A stretch of DNA of 64,000 nt from Lingula anatina. Its lineage: Eukaryota; Animalia; Brachiopoda. Below, piece after piece: positions 50,578-63,675 of this stretch. The position numbers were made by a program, and so were the translations under genes. Every line of letters begins with the position of its first letter. The stretch's first letter is position 1. A model generated the notes under the pieces. It searched no databases. It was not told the DNA's origin and saw only the letters and a program-made list of their open reading frames with translations. The DNA lies in assembly GCA_051362555.1 (NCBI GenBank), contig CM120645.1:17174001-17238000 (forward strand). Direction: 5' to 3'.

Positions 50578-52138
50578 TTTTTTTATACTTACTACATGTG
50601 CCAGTGACTGACCTAATGCAGCTAATGCAGTGTGCCTCCAAACTTACGAGTCTTTGATTTTTAATGTTTTCTAAATTCAGTGAAGTTTTGTTCATCGTTT
50701 TTGCTTTTGATCAATATCTCCTATATTCGTAAAAGTTAGTTTTGTTATTTACTTTTACAAGATATACTTCAAGCCTTGATACATCTAATGTGTGCAGAAA
50801 TTATCCATATGAGATTAGTTGTGATTATAATTACACACGCTTGTAAGCTGTGCAATTTTTGTAAAATAAAACTGCTTACATGCCATATAAAAATGGTTTT
50901 CAATTAATGTCACAGGCAATGTAAAAGCAGGAGATTATCACTGCAGCTGGTCCATTGCAGTTTGGTTTGTCAGACCTTGCCCAGAGATTCTTTCCAATGT
51001 AATGATGCATAATACTCCATTCACCACTTTACAGATACTTACAAAATCGCTGCGCGCTTGCGTGAGAATTGCATTGTGGGAAAAAATAGAGCAAAACAAA
51101 AACAGCGAGTATCCGAATAATGGAGAATAACCTCGACGACTCTGGTCCATGATTGTAAAATTAGCAGGAAATTACCTTTCTCGACACCTTCTATCATTTC
51201 TGCAACTTGAAACACAGCAGGTAGTCATTATTTTGTGTTCAAGAGCCTTCGCGCCATGAGTTCACGCTCTTTTTTTCCCCCCACAATGCAGTTCGAGTTT
51301 CCTGTCGACGTACAACGTTACTGTAAAGTGATGAATGGCTGTAGAAAGGAATTATAACATGTGTTGAAAGCTTTGGGTCTTTTTCACAAATGACTTAATG
51401 CAAATATTGGTTTAGCAAGAATTACAGTCAACTGTAGTTTGGATACTAAGATGTGTGTCACAAAATGTCTTGTAAAAAAGACTGCTTACCTCCAAGTTTG
51501 TAGAATGTGAATTGTGCTTGTCATAACATTTGAGTTTTACTCTCAACAGTGACAACAGTTCATTAAAGTTTGTGAACTATTATATTTGGTCAAATTTGTG
51601 TAGAATGCTCCTGGACCAATATCACAATGTCATTTTTAGGAAGTTATCTGCCAGAGTTGAGCAACTTCTAACATTTAAAAAAAACTACGGTACACGGGCA
51701 TTATGAATTTAGCTTGGTGTTGTTTGTTTGCATACTTCTAGTCTGCAGCCACTGGCCTGTGTATGCATAGACAAAGACAGATCTGCAAGATACAAGATAT
51801 TCCTTGTCAAATGCTGAATATAAAACTGATGTTACTTAGTAATTTAGTGCACAATGTAGAACTTAAACACTGTCAAGAGAAGGCTTGTCCTATCTCTATC
51901 CTGTCCTAAGACCCAGAATGTGTGATAGGTAATATCGTCTGAATGCAGTGTAGCAGGACTATAGCTTATTGAGGGTAAAATTTATCAACTCTGTGTTGTT
52001 TTACATTCATCCTATGTCCTCCCCTCCCAACACACATGCCCACACTGCAAACATATGTATGACTGATTCTTTGTAGTTAAATAGAAACACATTTTCTCAC
52101 CCAATTGTTTGTGTTTGTGTTGTAGAGGGGTAGTAGAG

Positions 52139-54630
52139 ATGAGCAGTGGGCAGAAGACGTGTTACAAGTGTGGCCAACCTGGTCATATCTCCAAGGAGTG
52201 TGGGAATGGCGGGGGTGGCCGTATGTTTGGTGGAGGTGGCAGAGGAAGAGGGGGGCGCTCAGGTGGTAAGTGCACAGGTGCAAGTACAGTGTGTCTTTTA
52301 ATTTGACACGAATTTAAGGATAATTTCTTTTATCTTTTTAATTATCTCATTTGGCTTAAGTAACAAGAATATACCAGTGGAGGATCAGATATGTTGTGTT
52401 AGAAGAAAAATAGTTCTTCACCCATTACCTGTTGTATGAACATGTTGCTGTATGTAGTATATCTATTAATCAGTCAAAACTGGTCTTTTGGGAACAAAAA
52501 GGAAAAAAAGTAAAGATCATATTCACTTTGTTAATTCTAGGGAAATGTTTTCGCTGTAGCCGCCATGGGCATTACGCCTACGAGTGCCGAGAAACATCAG
52601 ACCGCTGCTACAAATGTAACCAATTAGGACATATTGCTAAAGACTGCCCCAAAGAAATTGAGTCAGGTTGGGAATGTTTTTGTAGAAAAGAATTTTTTTA
52701 AAGTTTTTTTATGCATGTTACACATATGCAAAAATATGTTTTCATATTCTGTGAAATACTCAAAATACTAGTCGCTGTAACTTCAGTAAGTTTGTTCAGT
52801 ATGTTTGTTTGAAGATTTAGATATAACCATATATTTGCAGATAATTTTATTGTTGTTTGCCTGGATCTTGTAATACCTGGATCTTCCAAATAAGTAAATC
52901 ATACCTCTGTACTAGTGTTTTCAATTGATTGCACACTAGTTGATTGTTTGAATTAATCCATCTTTTGGTCACATGCTTGTCAAATTCAAGATAAAAAATG
53001 ATTTTTTTTTATTTTGCTTTTTTTCTGATTAAGGTGTGATTTTTAAATACATTGTTGAAACAGAAAAATGTTGCAGTGTTCAACTGCTGCTAACTACTGA
53101 CTTGAAAAATGATGCCTCTATTACCATACATTTAAAGGGATAATAACGCCTTGTTTTGGCCAAAAAATGAATTTTCCTGGAGTAAACAACAATTTTCCCA
53201 TACTTACCAATGGTTAATGAATCCATTTTTACATTCAAAGTTAGTTCCTGCTTTTTGTCTAAAAAGTTTGGTTTTTTGTTAAAATCTCTTAAGAGAATAT
53301 AACAGAGTATAGCTATCAATGGAAGTCACGTGGTCTGAAGACAAGCTCAGATATCAGAATAATAGCTATAACTGTCGTTATGTGGTAAAACTGAATATAT
53401 TATATTTGTATGAGTTATTCACAATGTTTTATTGTGAAATATAGATCTCATACGAAGAGTTATTATCCTTTTAACATAAAGGTAACAGATCACATTTTCT
53501 TTAATGTGTTATTATGTTTTTTTTCCTAATCAGTCAAATGTTTTGACTTTTACATCAGGCCCGTAGCCAGGGGGGGTTCGGGGGGTTCGAAAGAACCCCC
53601 CTTTTTGCTGGAAAAAGGTCCACTCTGGGTAAAATTTGACCTAGGTGCATGGGGGTTATATGGTAAAAGGTCCACTTTTTCAGAAAAAGAACCCCCCCTT
53701 TGAAATTGCTGGCTACGGGCCTGTACATCCATATTATTTTGTGTACTCTCAGGTGCCTGCTACAACTGTAACAAGAGTGGGCATATCATGCGTGACTGCC
53801 CAGAGGAGCAGGGAAATAAGAGCTGTTACCGCTGCAACAAGGAAGGGCACATTGCACGGGACTGCCCCGAGGAAGCTGTCAAAACTTGCTATCGTTGTAA
53901 CAAGGAAGGTCACCTGGCTCGCGATTGTCCCGACTCCCTGGAGTTTGGTGGTGGGAGAGAGTGTTATAATTGTGGAGAGAGTGGTCATCTGGCCCGAGAC
54001 TGCCCAAATAATACAGATGGAGGTAGACGTGGTGGTGGAAGGAGAGGCGACAGAAGTAGTGAAACTTGCCACAAGTGAGATTATGTTTTTATTTGTATAG
54101 TTGTACCCTCTTTCTGGAGTAATATGATAGATTGTTATTTTTTAAAGTTTCTGCTACTTTATCCTGGCTGTATAGTTTGAGTGCTTGTAAACCAAGACCA
54201 CAGTAAGTGTTAATTATAATATGGTCTTAAGCCTGACCCAGCCACAAACCCACAGTTTTGCCCACTGGAAGTAAACTCAATATTGTTGTCCTGACTGACA
54301 ATACATGTTCTCTATTCTCAACAGTGTCGCTCAACACTGCTGCCGTTTCATAAAGTAGTTCAAGTTGTTCAGAAATTTCTTAAAAGATTCATAAAACAAA
54401 AGACAAAGACCAAGTATGGAGCTCAAGATTGGTTCTATTGAATCATGTTATAATGACATATGTTTTGTTAGGATATTGGGAACAAAGCAATTTATCAGTT
54501 ATGTTATATTAACAGGTGTGGTGAAGCTGGTCACTATGCTAGGGACTGTCCAGAAGCCAAGAAGGATGTCCAGTGTCGCAAGTGTGATGGCTTTGGTCAC
54601 TTTGCTCGTGAATGCACTGCAGAAGTGTAG
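52139..54630 (+). CDS. CNBP: CCHC zinc-knuckle nucleic acid-binding protein (CNBP/Gis2-like), 229 aa, 4 coding exons
   Basis: Exons 52139-52265, 52541-52666, 53753-54074, 54516-54630 (phases 1,1,2; 690 nt). MSSGQKTCYKCGQPGHISKEC followed by an RGG box; nine CX2CX4HX4C knuckles. Confidence 0.85.
53556..53723. mobile_element. 168-bp MITE in a CNBP intron
   Basis: Perfect 15-bp TIR caggcccgtagccag / ctggctacgggcctg; direct repeat tacat at 53551-55 and 53724-28. Confidence 0.9.
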
Positions 54631-56285
54631 ATGGAGCCACAATGCCTAGGCAACTAGATGGAATTGAAACTAATGTTGATGGAGTGATAAGATATTTAAG
54701 CTATCTGACCTTGGTATTTGTTGTTCTGTTGTTACGAAGCTATTATACTTTTATAAGTATGGTTGATTTGCATGTTCAGTCCTTGCATAGAATGGGGTGG
54801 GTCTCATTTGCTTGTTTTTAATTTTAGAAGTATATTGTTTTTAATCCTTTTTGTGCTTGTATTCAATCACTCTTTAGATCAGTTTGTTAGAAAGAATTAA
54901 ACAATATATTGCTTATATTGTTTAACTAATATGATATCATAGTTATTTATTTGAGCAAAGATTGCTTTCATATTGCAGCTTGTCATAATTTTGTACAGAA
55001 TTATTCAAATGGCACTTTTTGAATTTCACTCTTTTTGATAAAGAGGTGAAAGATACAGGTAGTAGAAAAAGTCCAGTGTATCTTCAGGGTGTTAATTGTA
55101 AAGCATAGAAAATTATTTATTTTGGAACCATTTTGTTTACCCTCAATATATACACAATATCACTAGTTATAAATGACATTTTTTCAGTGTACACTAAGGG
55201 TGGGGTTATTTGTTATATGACCACTTTCGTAGCTGTAAATATGAATGAATGTGAAGTTGAATTTTGAATCAAAATATATACTTTCCCCAGTGGCCTAGTA
55301 AGTAAAGCAGTACAGTTGGGACTTGGGATGGAAGGCAGCCTGCATCACTTCCATTACATGCAGTGAAATGGAAATGTTTGTTTGCACTGTTGTAAGTTTA
55401 CAATATGCTGTACTAATTTTGCAGTTGTGAGAAGTAAGTGGTGGGGAAAAATTCTAAGGCAGCCATTCTGCATTTTGCTAAATGCATCATTTTTATTTGT
55501 AAATTTTTTATCAAGCCATTTAAGATACTAACGTGTAAGTTATTTAAAGATTTGTTGCTTTGTGGGGTTGACATTTCTTATGAACTAAAATAGATTTTCT
55601 GGATAACATTTATCTGATTGAAAAGAGAAAATAGGAAAAAAATCTGAATTTCAAATGATTGGTTTACATTTCTATATTGCATTGATAAGTATTGTAACAT
55701 CAAAACAGAAAAGAAAGTATTTGTTTATGATAAGTGTCAACAACACAAATTTAGCCATTAAGGTTGGAAAGCTGGTGTTTGGAGGTGGCAGTGTATAAGT
55801 AAGGTGATTTCAGGACCTTCCTCAAGGCTGCCCCATGGTATCTTCTTGATCAGGGCAGATTTTTCAAAGTTTACAAACCTTTTAATTTAAAGTGAGAGGA
55901 AGAAATTAGCATGACGGTTTGACACTTGTTAAGAATCTAAATTGTAAGAACCATGTTGAAGTTGGCATTTCTTGTGGGATTCATTGTTCACCTCATTTGC
56001 AAGACAAACCATTGAATGAAAACATAATGTCAAACATTTAAAGCCTTCTTGGGTGCAGAAAGAAACTGCCAAATTGTCTGATGCCTGAAAATTCATAGCT
56101 AACTCAATGCTTTGACATGTATGCTCAGTTGACAAGTGTAAAGATCTGTGAGCTTTTGAGAATATGACTTTGAGAAGGGGAGGATGAGGGTGTCACAAGT
56201 TTGGGGATGTTAGAGGAAGTAAAGGTAGGCATATTTTTTTGTATGAAGTTTGGTTTATATTCATAATCATAATCCTTATTTATTG

Positions 56286-57917
56286 TACCACCAGCGTTAG
56301 CGCTGGCGGTACACATGGTTTCGGTCTCGTCCGGATCGTTCCGCCGGCTCCGCCGGACGGCTACCGTTACCGCTTCTCCTCCTAGACGGTAAGGCCCCCC
56401 ATACCCATCTCATGGATTTAGGTCACCTATAATCTCAACTCGTTCCACGTAAAATTTGGGCTTTGTCGGTATTGGGGTCTGGGTGTGGCACTCATTGCAA
56501 TGCACCCTTGTCCAAAAATGGCAAAATTAAATGCTAATTATCTACCCTACGGAAGGAGTTACGGGAAAAATTTCTACAGACGGCTTTCCAAAAGTCATAT
56601 GTGTAGATTTCAAATATACCCTCGGATTTGACCTTTGACCTTTACTTCAAGGTCAAATGGGCCAAAATTTTCAAAAAAATGAAATTTTTTACGAAAAAAA
56701 AATTTTTTGCCCTGTTATTCAGACACCACACAGACTTAACCAATAATATTATTGGAAAGTGTTACCCTTCAGGTCATCTTTCATCTCCGTGAATTTGGGG
56801 TCAATCGGTGCATTTTCACAGGAGTAGCGGCCATAAGATACCGAAACTGAAAACTGTCTCTAATTCGGGAACCGTTAATGCTAGAGACCCATTCTTTTTT
56901 GCATTTTGTAGAGCATGTAAAGCCCAACACTGGAGGTGGTCTCGATTTTTTTGTATTCCATACGGTTTTCGAGTTACGCTGTATCAAAAAGTACATATTG
57001 GTGGTGAAAGGAAAATGTACGGAAGCCCACTGGTGCCATATGTAGAAAAAAAAATTATCTCGAAATTTCGAGATACTATTTTGAAATTTGAACAAAAAAT
57101 TTACCACCAGCGTTAGCGCTGGCGGTACACATGGTTTCGGTCCCGTCCGGTCCGTTCCGCCGGCTCCGCCGCCATGTTACCGTTACCGCTTCTCCTCCTA
57201 GACGGTAAGGGCCCCCGTACCCATCTCATGGATTTAGGTCACCTATAATCTCAACTCGTTCCACGTAAAATTTGGGCTTTGTCGGTATTGGGGTCTGGGT
57301 GTGGCACTCATTGCAATGCACCCTTGTCTAAAAATGGCAAAATTAAATGCTAATTATCTACCCTACAGAAGGAGTTACGGGAAAAATTTCTATAGACGGC
57401 TTTCCAAAAGTCATATGTGTAGATTTCAAATATACCCTCGGATTTGACCTTTGACCTTTACTTCAAGGTCAAATGGGTCAAAATTTTCAAAAAAATGAAA
57501 TTTTTTACGAAAAAAAATTTTTTTGCCCTGTTATTCAGACGCCACACAGACTTAACCAATAATATTATTGGAAAGTGTTACCCTTCAGGTCATCTTTCAT
57601 CTCCGTGAATTTGGGGTCAATCGGTGCATTTTCACAGGAGTAGCGGCCATAAGATACCGAAACTGAAAACTGTCTCTAATTCGGGAACCGTTAATGCTAG
57701 AGACCCATTCTTTTTTGCATTTTGTAGAGCATGTAAAGCCCAACACTGGAAATGGTCTCGGTTTTTTTGTATTCCATACGGTTTTCGAGTTACGCTGTAT
57801 CAGAAAGTACATATTGGTGGTGAAAGGAAAATGTACGGAAGCCGACTGGTGCCATATGTAGAAAAAAAAATTATCTCGAAATTTCGAGATACTATTTTGA
57901 AATTTGAACAAAAAAAA
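56286..57917 (+). repeat. 816-bp tandem duplication of the element's 5' block
   Basis: taccaccagcgttagcgctggcggtacac at 56286 and 57102; near-identical throughout. Confidence 0.92.
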
Positions 57918-58125
57918 TTTTTATCTCGAAATTTCGAGATAGCATTTTGAAATTTGAACAAAAAAAAAATTATCTCGAAATTTCGAGATAGCATTTTGAT
58001 ATTTGAGCAAAAAAATTTATCTCGAAATTTCGAGATAGTATTTTGAAATTTGAACAAAAAAAATGCTATCTCGAAATTTCGAGATAATTTTTTTTTTCAA
58101 CATATGGCACCAGTCGGCTTCCGTA
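57834..58125. mobile_element. Foldback MITE, IS3EU-like, nested in the HINE
   Basis: TIR tacggaagccgactggtgccatatg / catatggcaccagtcggcttccgta; 6-bp TSD aaaatg on both sides; five internal tatctcgaaatttcgagata palindromes at about 47-50 bp spacing. Confidence 0.8.
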
Positions 58126-58375
58126 AAAATGTGCAGTACGGTAATGGATAATAAATTTTGAACTCCGGAAAAATAAAACATAATGCTTGGCAAAGCAGAC
58201 AACTTGTGGTCAAAAATGACATTATTTTATCAAATTTAAACTTCTGCAACTTCAGAGAACCTCCCATTTCAAGAACTTTGACCAAAATGACCTTTTCTTT
58301 ATTTTAATTAATTTTTTCTGTAGGAAATTTATGGCACATTATGGTAACTCCAAAATTATAACATTTAGTCCCTTA

Positions 58376-59960
58376 TATCTCCAAAACTGGCAGAGATAGG
58401 TCCATAGTTACTATTGAAGTTGAATAGGAAGTCATATACTGGCAATCTTACTGTGACCTTGACATTGACCTTTGACCTACTTTTCACCATGAACTGAACT
58501 TTGCAAATTTTGCTTCCCTTTTATCTCCAAAACTGGCAGAGATAGGTCCATAGTTACTATTGAAGTTGAATAGGAAGTCATATACTGGCAATCTTACTGT
58601 GACCTTGAAATTGACCTTTGACCTACTTATCACCATGAACTGAACTTTGCAAATTTTGCTTCCCTTTTATCTCCAAAACTGGCAGAGATAGGTCCATAGT
58701 TACTATTGAACTTGAATAGGAAGTCATATACTGGCAATTTTACTGTGACCTTGAAATTGACCTTTGACCTACTTTTCACCTTGAACTGAACTTTGCAAAA
58801 TTTGCTTCCCTTTTATCTCCAAAACTGGCAGAGATAGGTCCATAGTTACTATTGAACTTGCATAGGAAGTCATATACTGGCAATTTTACTGTGACCTTGA
58901 AATTGACCTTTGACCTTCTTTTCACCATGAACTGAACTTTGCAAATTTTGCTTCCCTTTTATCTCCAAAACTGGCAGAGATAGGTCCATAGTTACTATTG
59001 AAGTTGAATAGGAAGTCATATACTGGCAATCTAAATGTGACCTTGAAATTGACCTTTGACCTACTTTTCACCATGAACTGAACTTTGCAAATTTTGCTTC
59101 CCTTTTATCTCCAAAACTGGCAGAGATAGGTCCATAGTTACTATTGAAGTTGAATAGGAAGTCATATACTGGCAATCTTACTGTGACCTTGAAATTGACC
59201 TTTGACCTACTTATCACCATGAACTGAACTTTGCAAATTTTGCTTCCCTTTTATCTCCAAAACTGGCAGAGATAGGTCCATAGTTACTATTGAACTTGAA
59301 TAGGAAGTCATATACTGGCAATTTTACTGTGACCTTGAAATTGACCTTTGACCTACTTTTCACCTTGAACTGAACTTTGCAAAATTTGCTTCCCTTTTAT
59401 CTCCAAAACTGGCAGAGATAGGTCCATAGTTACTATTGAACTTGCATAGGAAGTCATAAACTGGCAATTTTACTGTGACCTTGAAATTGACCTTTGACCT
59501 TCTTTTCACCATGAACTGAACTTTGCAAATTTTGCTTCCCTTTTATCTCCAAAACTGGCAGAGATAGGTCCATAGTTACTATTGAAGTTGAATAGGAAGT
59601 CATATACTGGCAATCTAAATGTGACCTTGAAATTGACCTTTGACCTACTTTTCACCATGAACTGAACTTTGCAAATTTTGCTTCCCTTTTATCTCCAAAA
59701 CTGGCAGAGATAGGTCCATAGTTACTATTGAAGTTGAATAGGAAGTCATATACTGGCAATCTTACTGTGACCTTGAAATTGACCTTTGACCTACTTTTCA
59801 CCATGAACTGAACTTTGCAAATTTTGCTTCCCTTTTATCTCCAAAACTGGCAGAGATAGGTCCATAGTTACTATTGAAGTTGGATAGGAAGTCATATACT
59901 GGCAATTTACTGTGACCTTGAAATTGACCTTTGACCTACCTTACAATGAACTTAACTTTG
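58376..59960. repeat. 146-bp tandem satellite, about 11 copies
   Basis: tatctccaaaactggcagagataggtcc at 58376, 58522, 58668 ... 59836 (exact 146-bp period). Confidence 0.97.
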
Positions 59961-62271
59961 ATTGCACCATTTTTAGTTATATATATTTTTTGCATATTTT
60001 GAAAATTCTTGTTGATTGCATTTTTACAGCTTGTCAAGCACAAGACTGGTGGCTGCACCCCTTATTTTGTGTATGTGGGGGTCTATACGAATGCGCTTGC
60101 TCCAGCTGGTGGTACAATATTCGGAGGCGGTATCGCCTCTCTGATCCTCTAGTTATATTTCATATCTTGAGAAAGAGGGCACTCCAGGATTTCATGGTTT
60201 AATTATGCGAATGTTCATCACAATGCAAGTGTCTTACTTTGTCAAAATCTGATGCCCAGCAGTTATAATAGTATGATGTTGAAGTTCCTTTTGCTTCGAT
60301 GTGAAAGCAGATAAAAATCAAAGCTTTAAAATGTGTTAGAACACAGTGCGTTGCAAGATTTAATAAGAACAGGGATAATCAGTTGTCAGTTTTTTTAATT
60401 CTGCTGTATGCCCCAATAGGTAAACTTTAAATAGGTTTAAAATTACTGTACTTATTGGAAGCTGTTTGTTTTGAACTTTTATCATATTCTGCGAAGAGAT
60501 GAGAGGCATGGTTTTTAACATTCAGATTCATGTTTTAAATTAAGTACTTCATTTAACAGCAGCACTTGTTTTCAAGACGTGTATAACATTTGCAACATTC
60601 TATAAGTTTTATGTATATTTATGAATCATTCACACTTGCTGTGCCTCATTACAAATTTGGCATATTTGCAGTTTTCAAACTTGGCCAAAGACGGCATTTG
60701 GTTAATCAGGTGTGAATTGTATTATATTATTTAGAATGCTTAAGGAACAGGTTCAAGGCAGATAGACACTGCTGCACAGTGGACACAAATGTCTGGTGAT
60801 TTTTTTTTTTTTTTTGACATTTTTAACAATTATTTTGATACCATTCTGAATACAACTTGTAACACTTTTAGTAGATGTGGTTTTATTGTAATGCCAGTCT
60901 GTGGGCTACTGGTGTTCTTGGTTTGGTTGAAGACAAAGGACGTAGAGGTGCCTGTCTGTTGGTGTAGTTTTCAGAGGCTGGGGGGGGGGGGGGGGGGGGG
61001 GGGGGCTTGGAGGGTGGTGGGGGATTTGTAAGTCTTTGAACCAATATTGTGTGTGTAATTATGTTACCATTCTTTTTGTAAACCTGTCTCATTCATGCTC
61101 CAGTTTCTACCAAAATTAGTGGGCAACTGGTAAAATGAAGATAAGATTGTATAGAAATGTGGAATTGTGCAACTCATTTTGCTTGGAGCTTTTGTGTGGT
61201 ACATGTCATCAAAGAATTGTCACTTTCAAAGAACAGAAAATTACTTCATAGTCTGTTGTAAATGGTCTGAAAATGGTGGAAAAAGGTATTTTACCCCATG
61301 AAAAATAATTTTCAGTTCATTTCTTTAAGACTCATTCATAGGCAGCCAAAAGTGTAAGGTGGATAAAGAGACTGAATATGGCCAATTTAAAAACTTAAAA
61401 ATTTTATTTAAGTTTATAAAATGGCAGTAATTTATTATTAATACAAGAATTGGAATTTTAAAATTCTCTTTGAAGTAGTCACCTGGAGAGGTGCTGAACA
61501 GCAATTGGGCTCTTTTTGCTAGATGTTGTCCCTCTGGTGTCCAGCATGTCAGCAGGATGAGGACAATATTGATCGGAAATGGTGATTTTTATAACAATAA
61601 ATTTTTTACAAATATTTTTGTCTTGTTATTTATTCCAGTGACACAACATGAAGATCCATTTGGCATTTTAATTCTTATTAATCAAAAATTCAAACAATTT
61701 CTCTGAATTATATTTCCAAGTAATGTGGATGATAAAATTCTTTATAAATGTGGAATTAATCGCACTTAAAAACCCACTTATGTTAAAATTGCATTAAAAG
61801 AATAAACCAATTCTGTCCACAAATTACTTCACTTATGTAAGTGGTAGTAAATTCAATTTTACCTTACATGGATCTATTACTTGACTAACAATGTCTTGGT
61901 CATATGAGATGATCACAGATGGAAACACCTCCATGTCTGCCATCTCAACTTAAGGGATTTATAGCAGTTAACATAATACTTTCAAAAAATCAATCAGTAA
62001 GTTGAAGACATTCAGTGTCTCTCCTCACAGACATGCGTCTTATTCTTTGCCATACACTTCCATGAGGGTGGAGGTATCAGGTTTGCCTTTATAACAGATT
62101 TGTATGTCCATAAGTGATTATTATGCTCAAGGCCACATTTATATTCATCTACAATACATAGCATTCAAGGACGTCCTCTGTTCTGTTACAAGGTGTCATT
62201 TTGCTGAAGGCATTGCTGATCCAGCGCCTATCCATTCTTAGATTTTTGTGTGAAACTAATGCTGGCGAATT

Positions 62272-63675
62272 TCACTGCATTTTACCGAGTACGTTTTTCC
62301 TTTCCTTAATGTCTCGTTCCCACTGTTTTCTGGTCATTGTGTATATTCGCATGGCAGCTTGAGCATCCTGAACCTGAAATACAAACTCATTCCTTGAAAT
62401 TTCTAACATAAAGCAATCTTATAATTAAGTAACATCAAACCAGCTCTTTAAAGTTTAAAATTATAATGAAAATATATTGTATTCCCAATGGATTCTAAAG
62501 GTTGACTGTGTACTGAGGCACAGTCCAGGTTGAACTACAACATTACTCCTTACCGAATTGTGTTCCCCTTCTTGCACTTTGACACCTAACAGCTTGTCGG
62601 TCAGCTTCTTAAGAGAGGGCGTCTTCCCATTAAAGAGTTTTCTGAAGGGTTTGTACCTGGAGGTGTCCCTGATTTGCTTCTTAGGATGATCTAAGTAGAG
62701 CACCTGAAGTAAGAGAACAAAGTTAACTACTACATCTGGATAGGTTCAATGTCTTATCAACTTAATAATACTAGTGTACAATTACCGTGATTTATATTTA
62801 AGGTGTGATCATTTTCATGCTTATTAACATAAAGCTGCACAAGCTTTACAACAGACAAAAGGTTAGACATTACTTAATGACTGATTATCAACCTGGTACA
62901 ATTTATAATTGTGAGTAATTCATTTTTTAAAAAACTGAGTACTTGAACATCACCAGTATTACACATGTTATAGGTACTTTGCATGGTGATATTGCAGTTG
63001 TCGTAAGTTACCTTGAAATCATTCATAATGGCATGGCCAACTACCACTCGACCTTTGAGGATTTTGCCAACATCTTCTTGAACTGATTTAAAGTCTTCTC
63101 CTGTAATAGAAAGAACAACTTTTCAAGAGGAAATAAATTTTAAAGGTTAACAGATCAGATGGTGAATTAAATCATAGATGCGATTTTTCTGGGATTTTTT
63201 TTCCTTGGGGGGGGGGGGGGGGGGGATTTCCATTTTTTTTAAACTTCATTTTCTTAAATTTCTTTTTTTTAAGTTCATTTTTTACATTTTCTGGGATAAA
63301 AGCTCAACATTTTCAATTTTCAGCCCCCCCCCTCACACACAAACACACACACACACACAAAGCACATCCCTGTTAAATTGAAATAAATAACACAGGTCTT
63401 AAAAAAAGCATCTTTAAAAACAAGACATGGACCTGTAAGTATGAATACACATCCTCAAATGTAATCACAAACAATTACCCTGCTGAAGTAAATCTTCCTT
63501 CCTGATCCCACTCACTGCCGTCCTGTAGTCCGTCACTTCCTCAGTTGGGGTGACGTATTTGTCTAGTACGCACTGTCCATACTGGTTCACAATGGACACT
63601 CTGGCCAGTATACTGTCCTTGCCCCCAGCTCCAACACCCACCATCTCACAGTCCATAGCCAGCACTTTGGTCAGC
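62272..63675 (-). CDS. REXO4: RNA exonuclease 4 (DEDDh), last four coding exons; 5' part off-window
   Basis: Exons 63675-63479, 63100-63012, 62703-62554, 62373-62272 with consistent phases. Motifs [71 protein letters not shown]. Confidence 0.93.

Larger units (their letters stand above)
56279..60152 (+). mobile_element. Non-autonomous Helentron/HINE (DINE-1/pearl-like) element with internal tandem repeats
   Basis: 5' subTIR attgtaccaccagc (56282-95) with adjacent inverted copy gctggcggtaca; 3' subTIR gctggtggtacaat (60105-18); hairpin gaggcg-gtat-cgcctc (60124-39); CTAG|TT end; T-rich insertion site without TSD. Confidence 0.85.

Noticed and set aside
51325-51400. Possible C/D-box snoRNA in CNBP intron 1 (GTGATGA)
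   Set aside because: No suitably placed CTGA D box or terminal stem found.
53645-54100. 151-aa ORF overlapping the CNBP exon
   Set aside because: Off-frame read-through from the MITE into the exon; the knuckle-coding frame is the real one.
56781-58285. Duplicated ORFs of about 100 aa on both strands
   Set aside because: They fall within the non-autonomous HINE/MITE repeats and show no Rep/helicase or transposase motifs.
57872-59960. CRISPR-like appearance of the tatctcgaaatttcgagata palindromes and the 146-bp array
   Set aside because: The intervening sequences are repeats themselves rather than unique spacers, there are no cas genes, and the context is eukaryotic; explained by a MITE and a HINE satellite.
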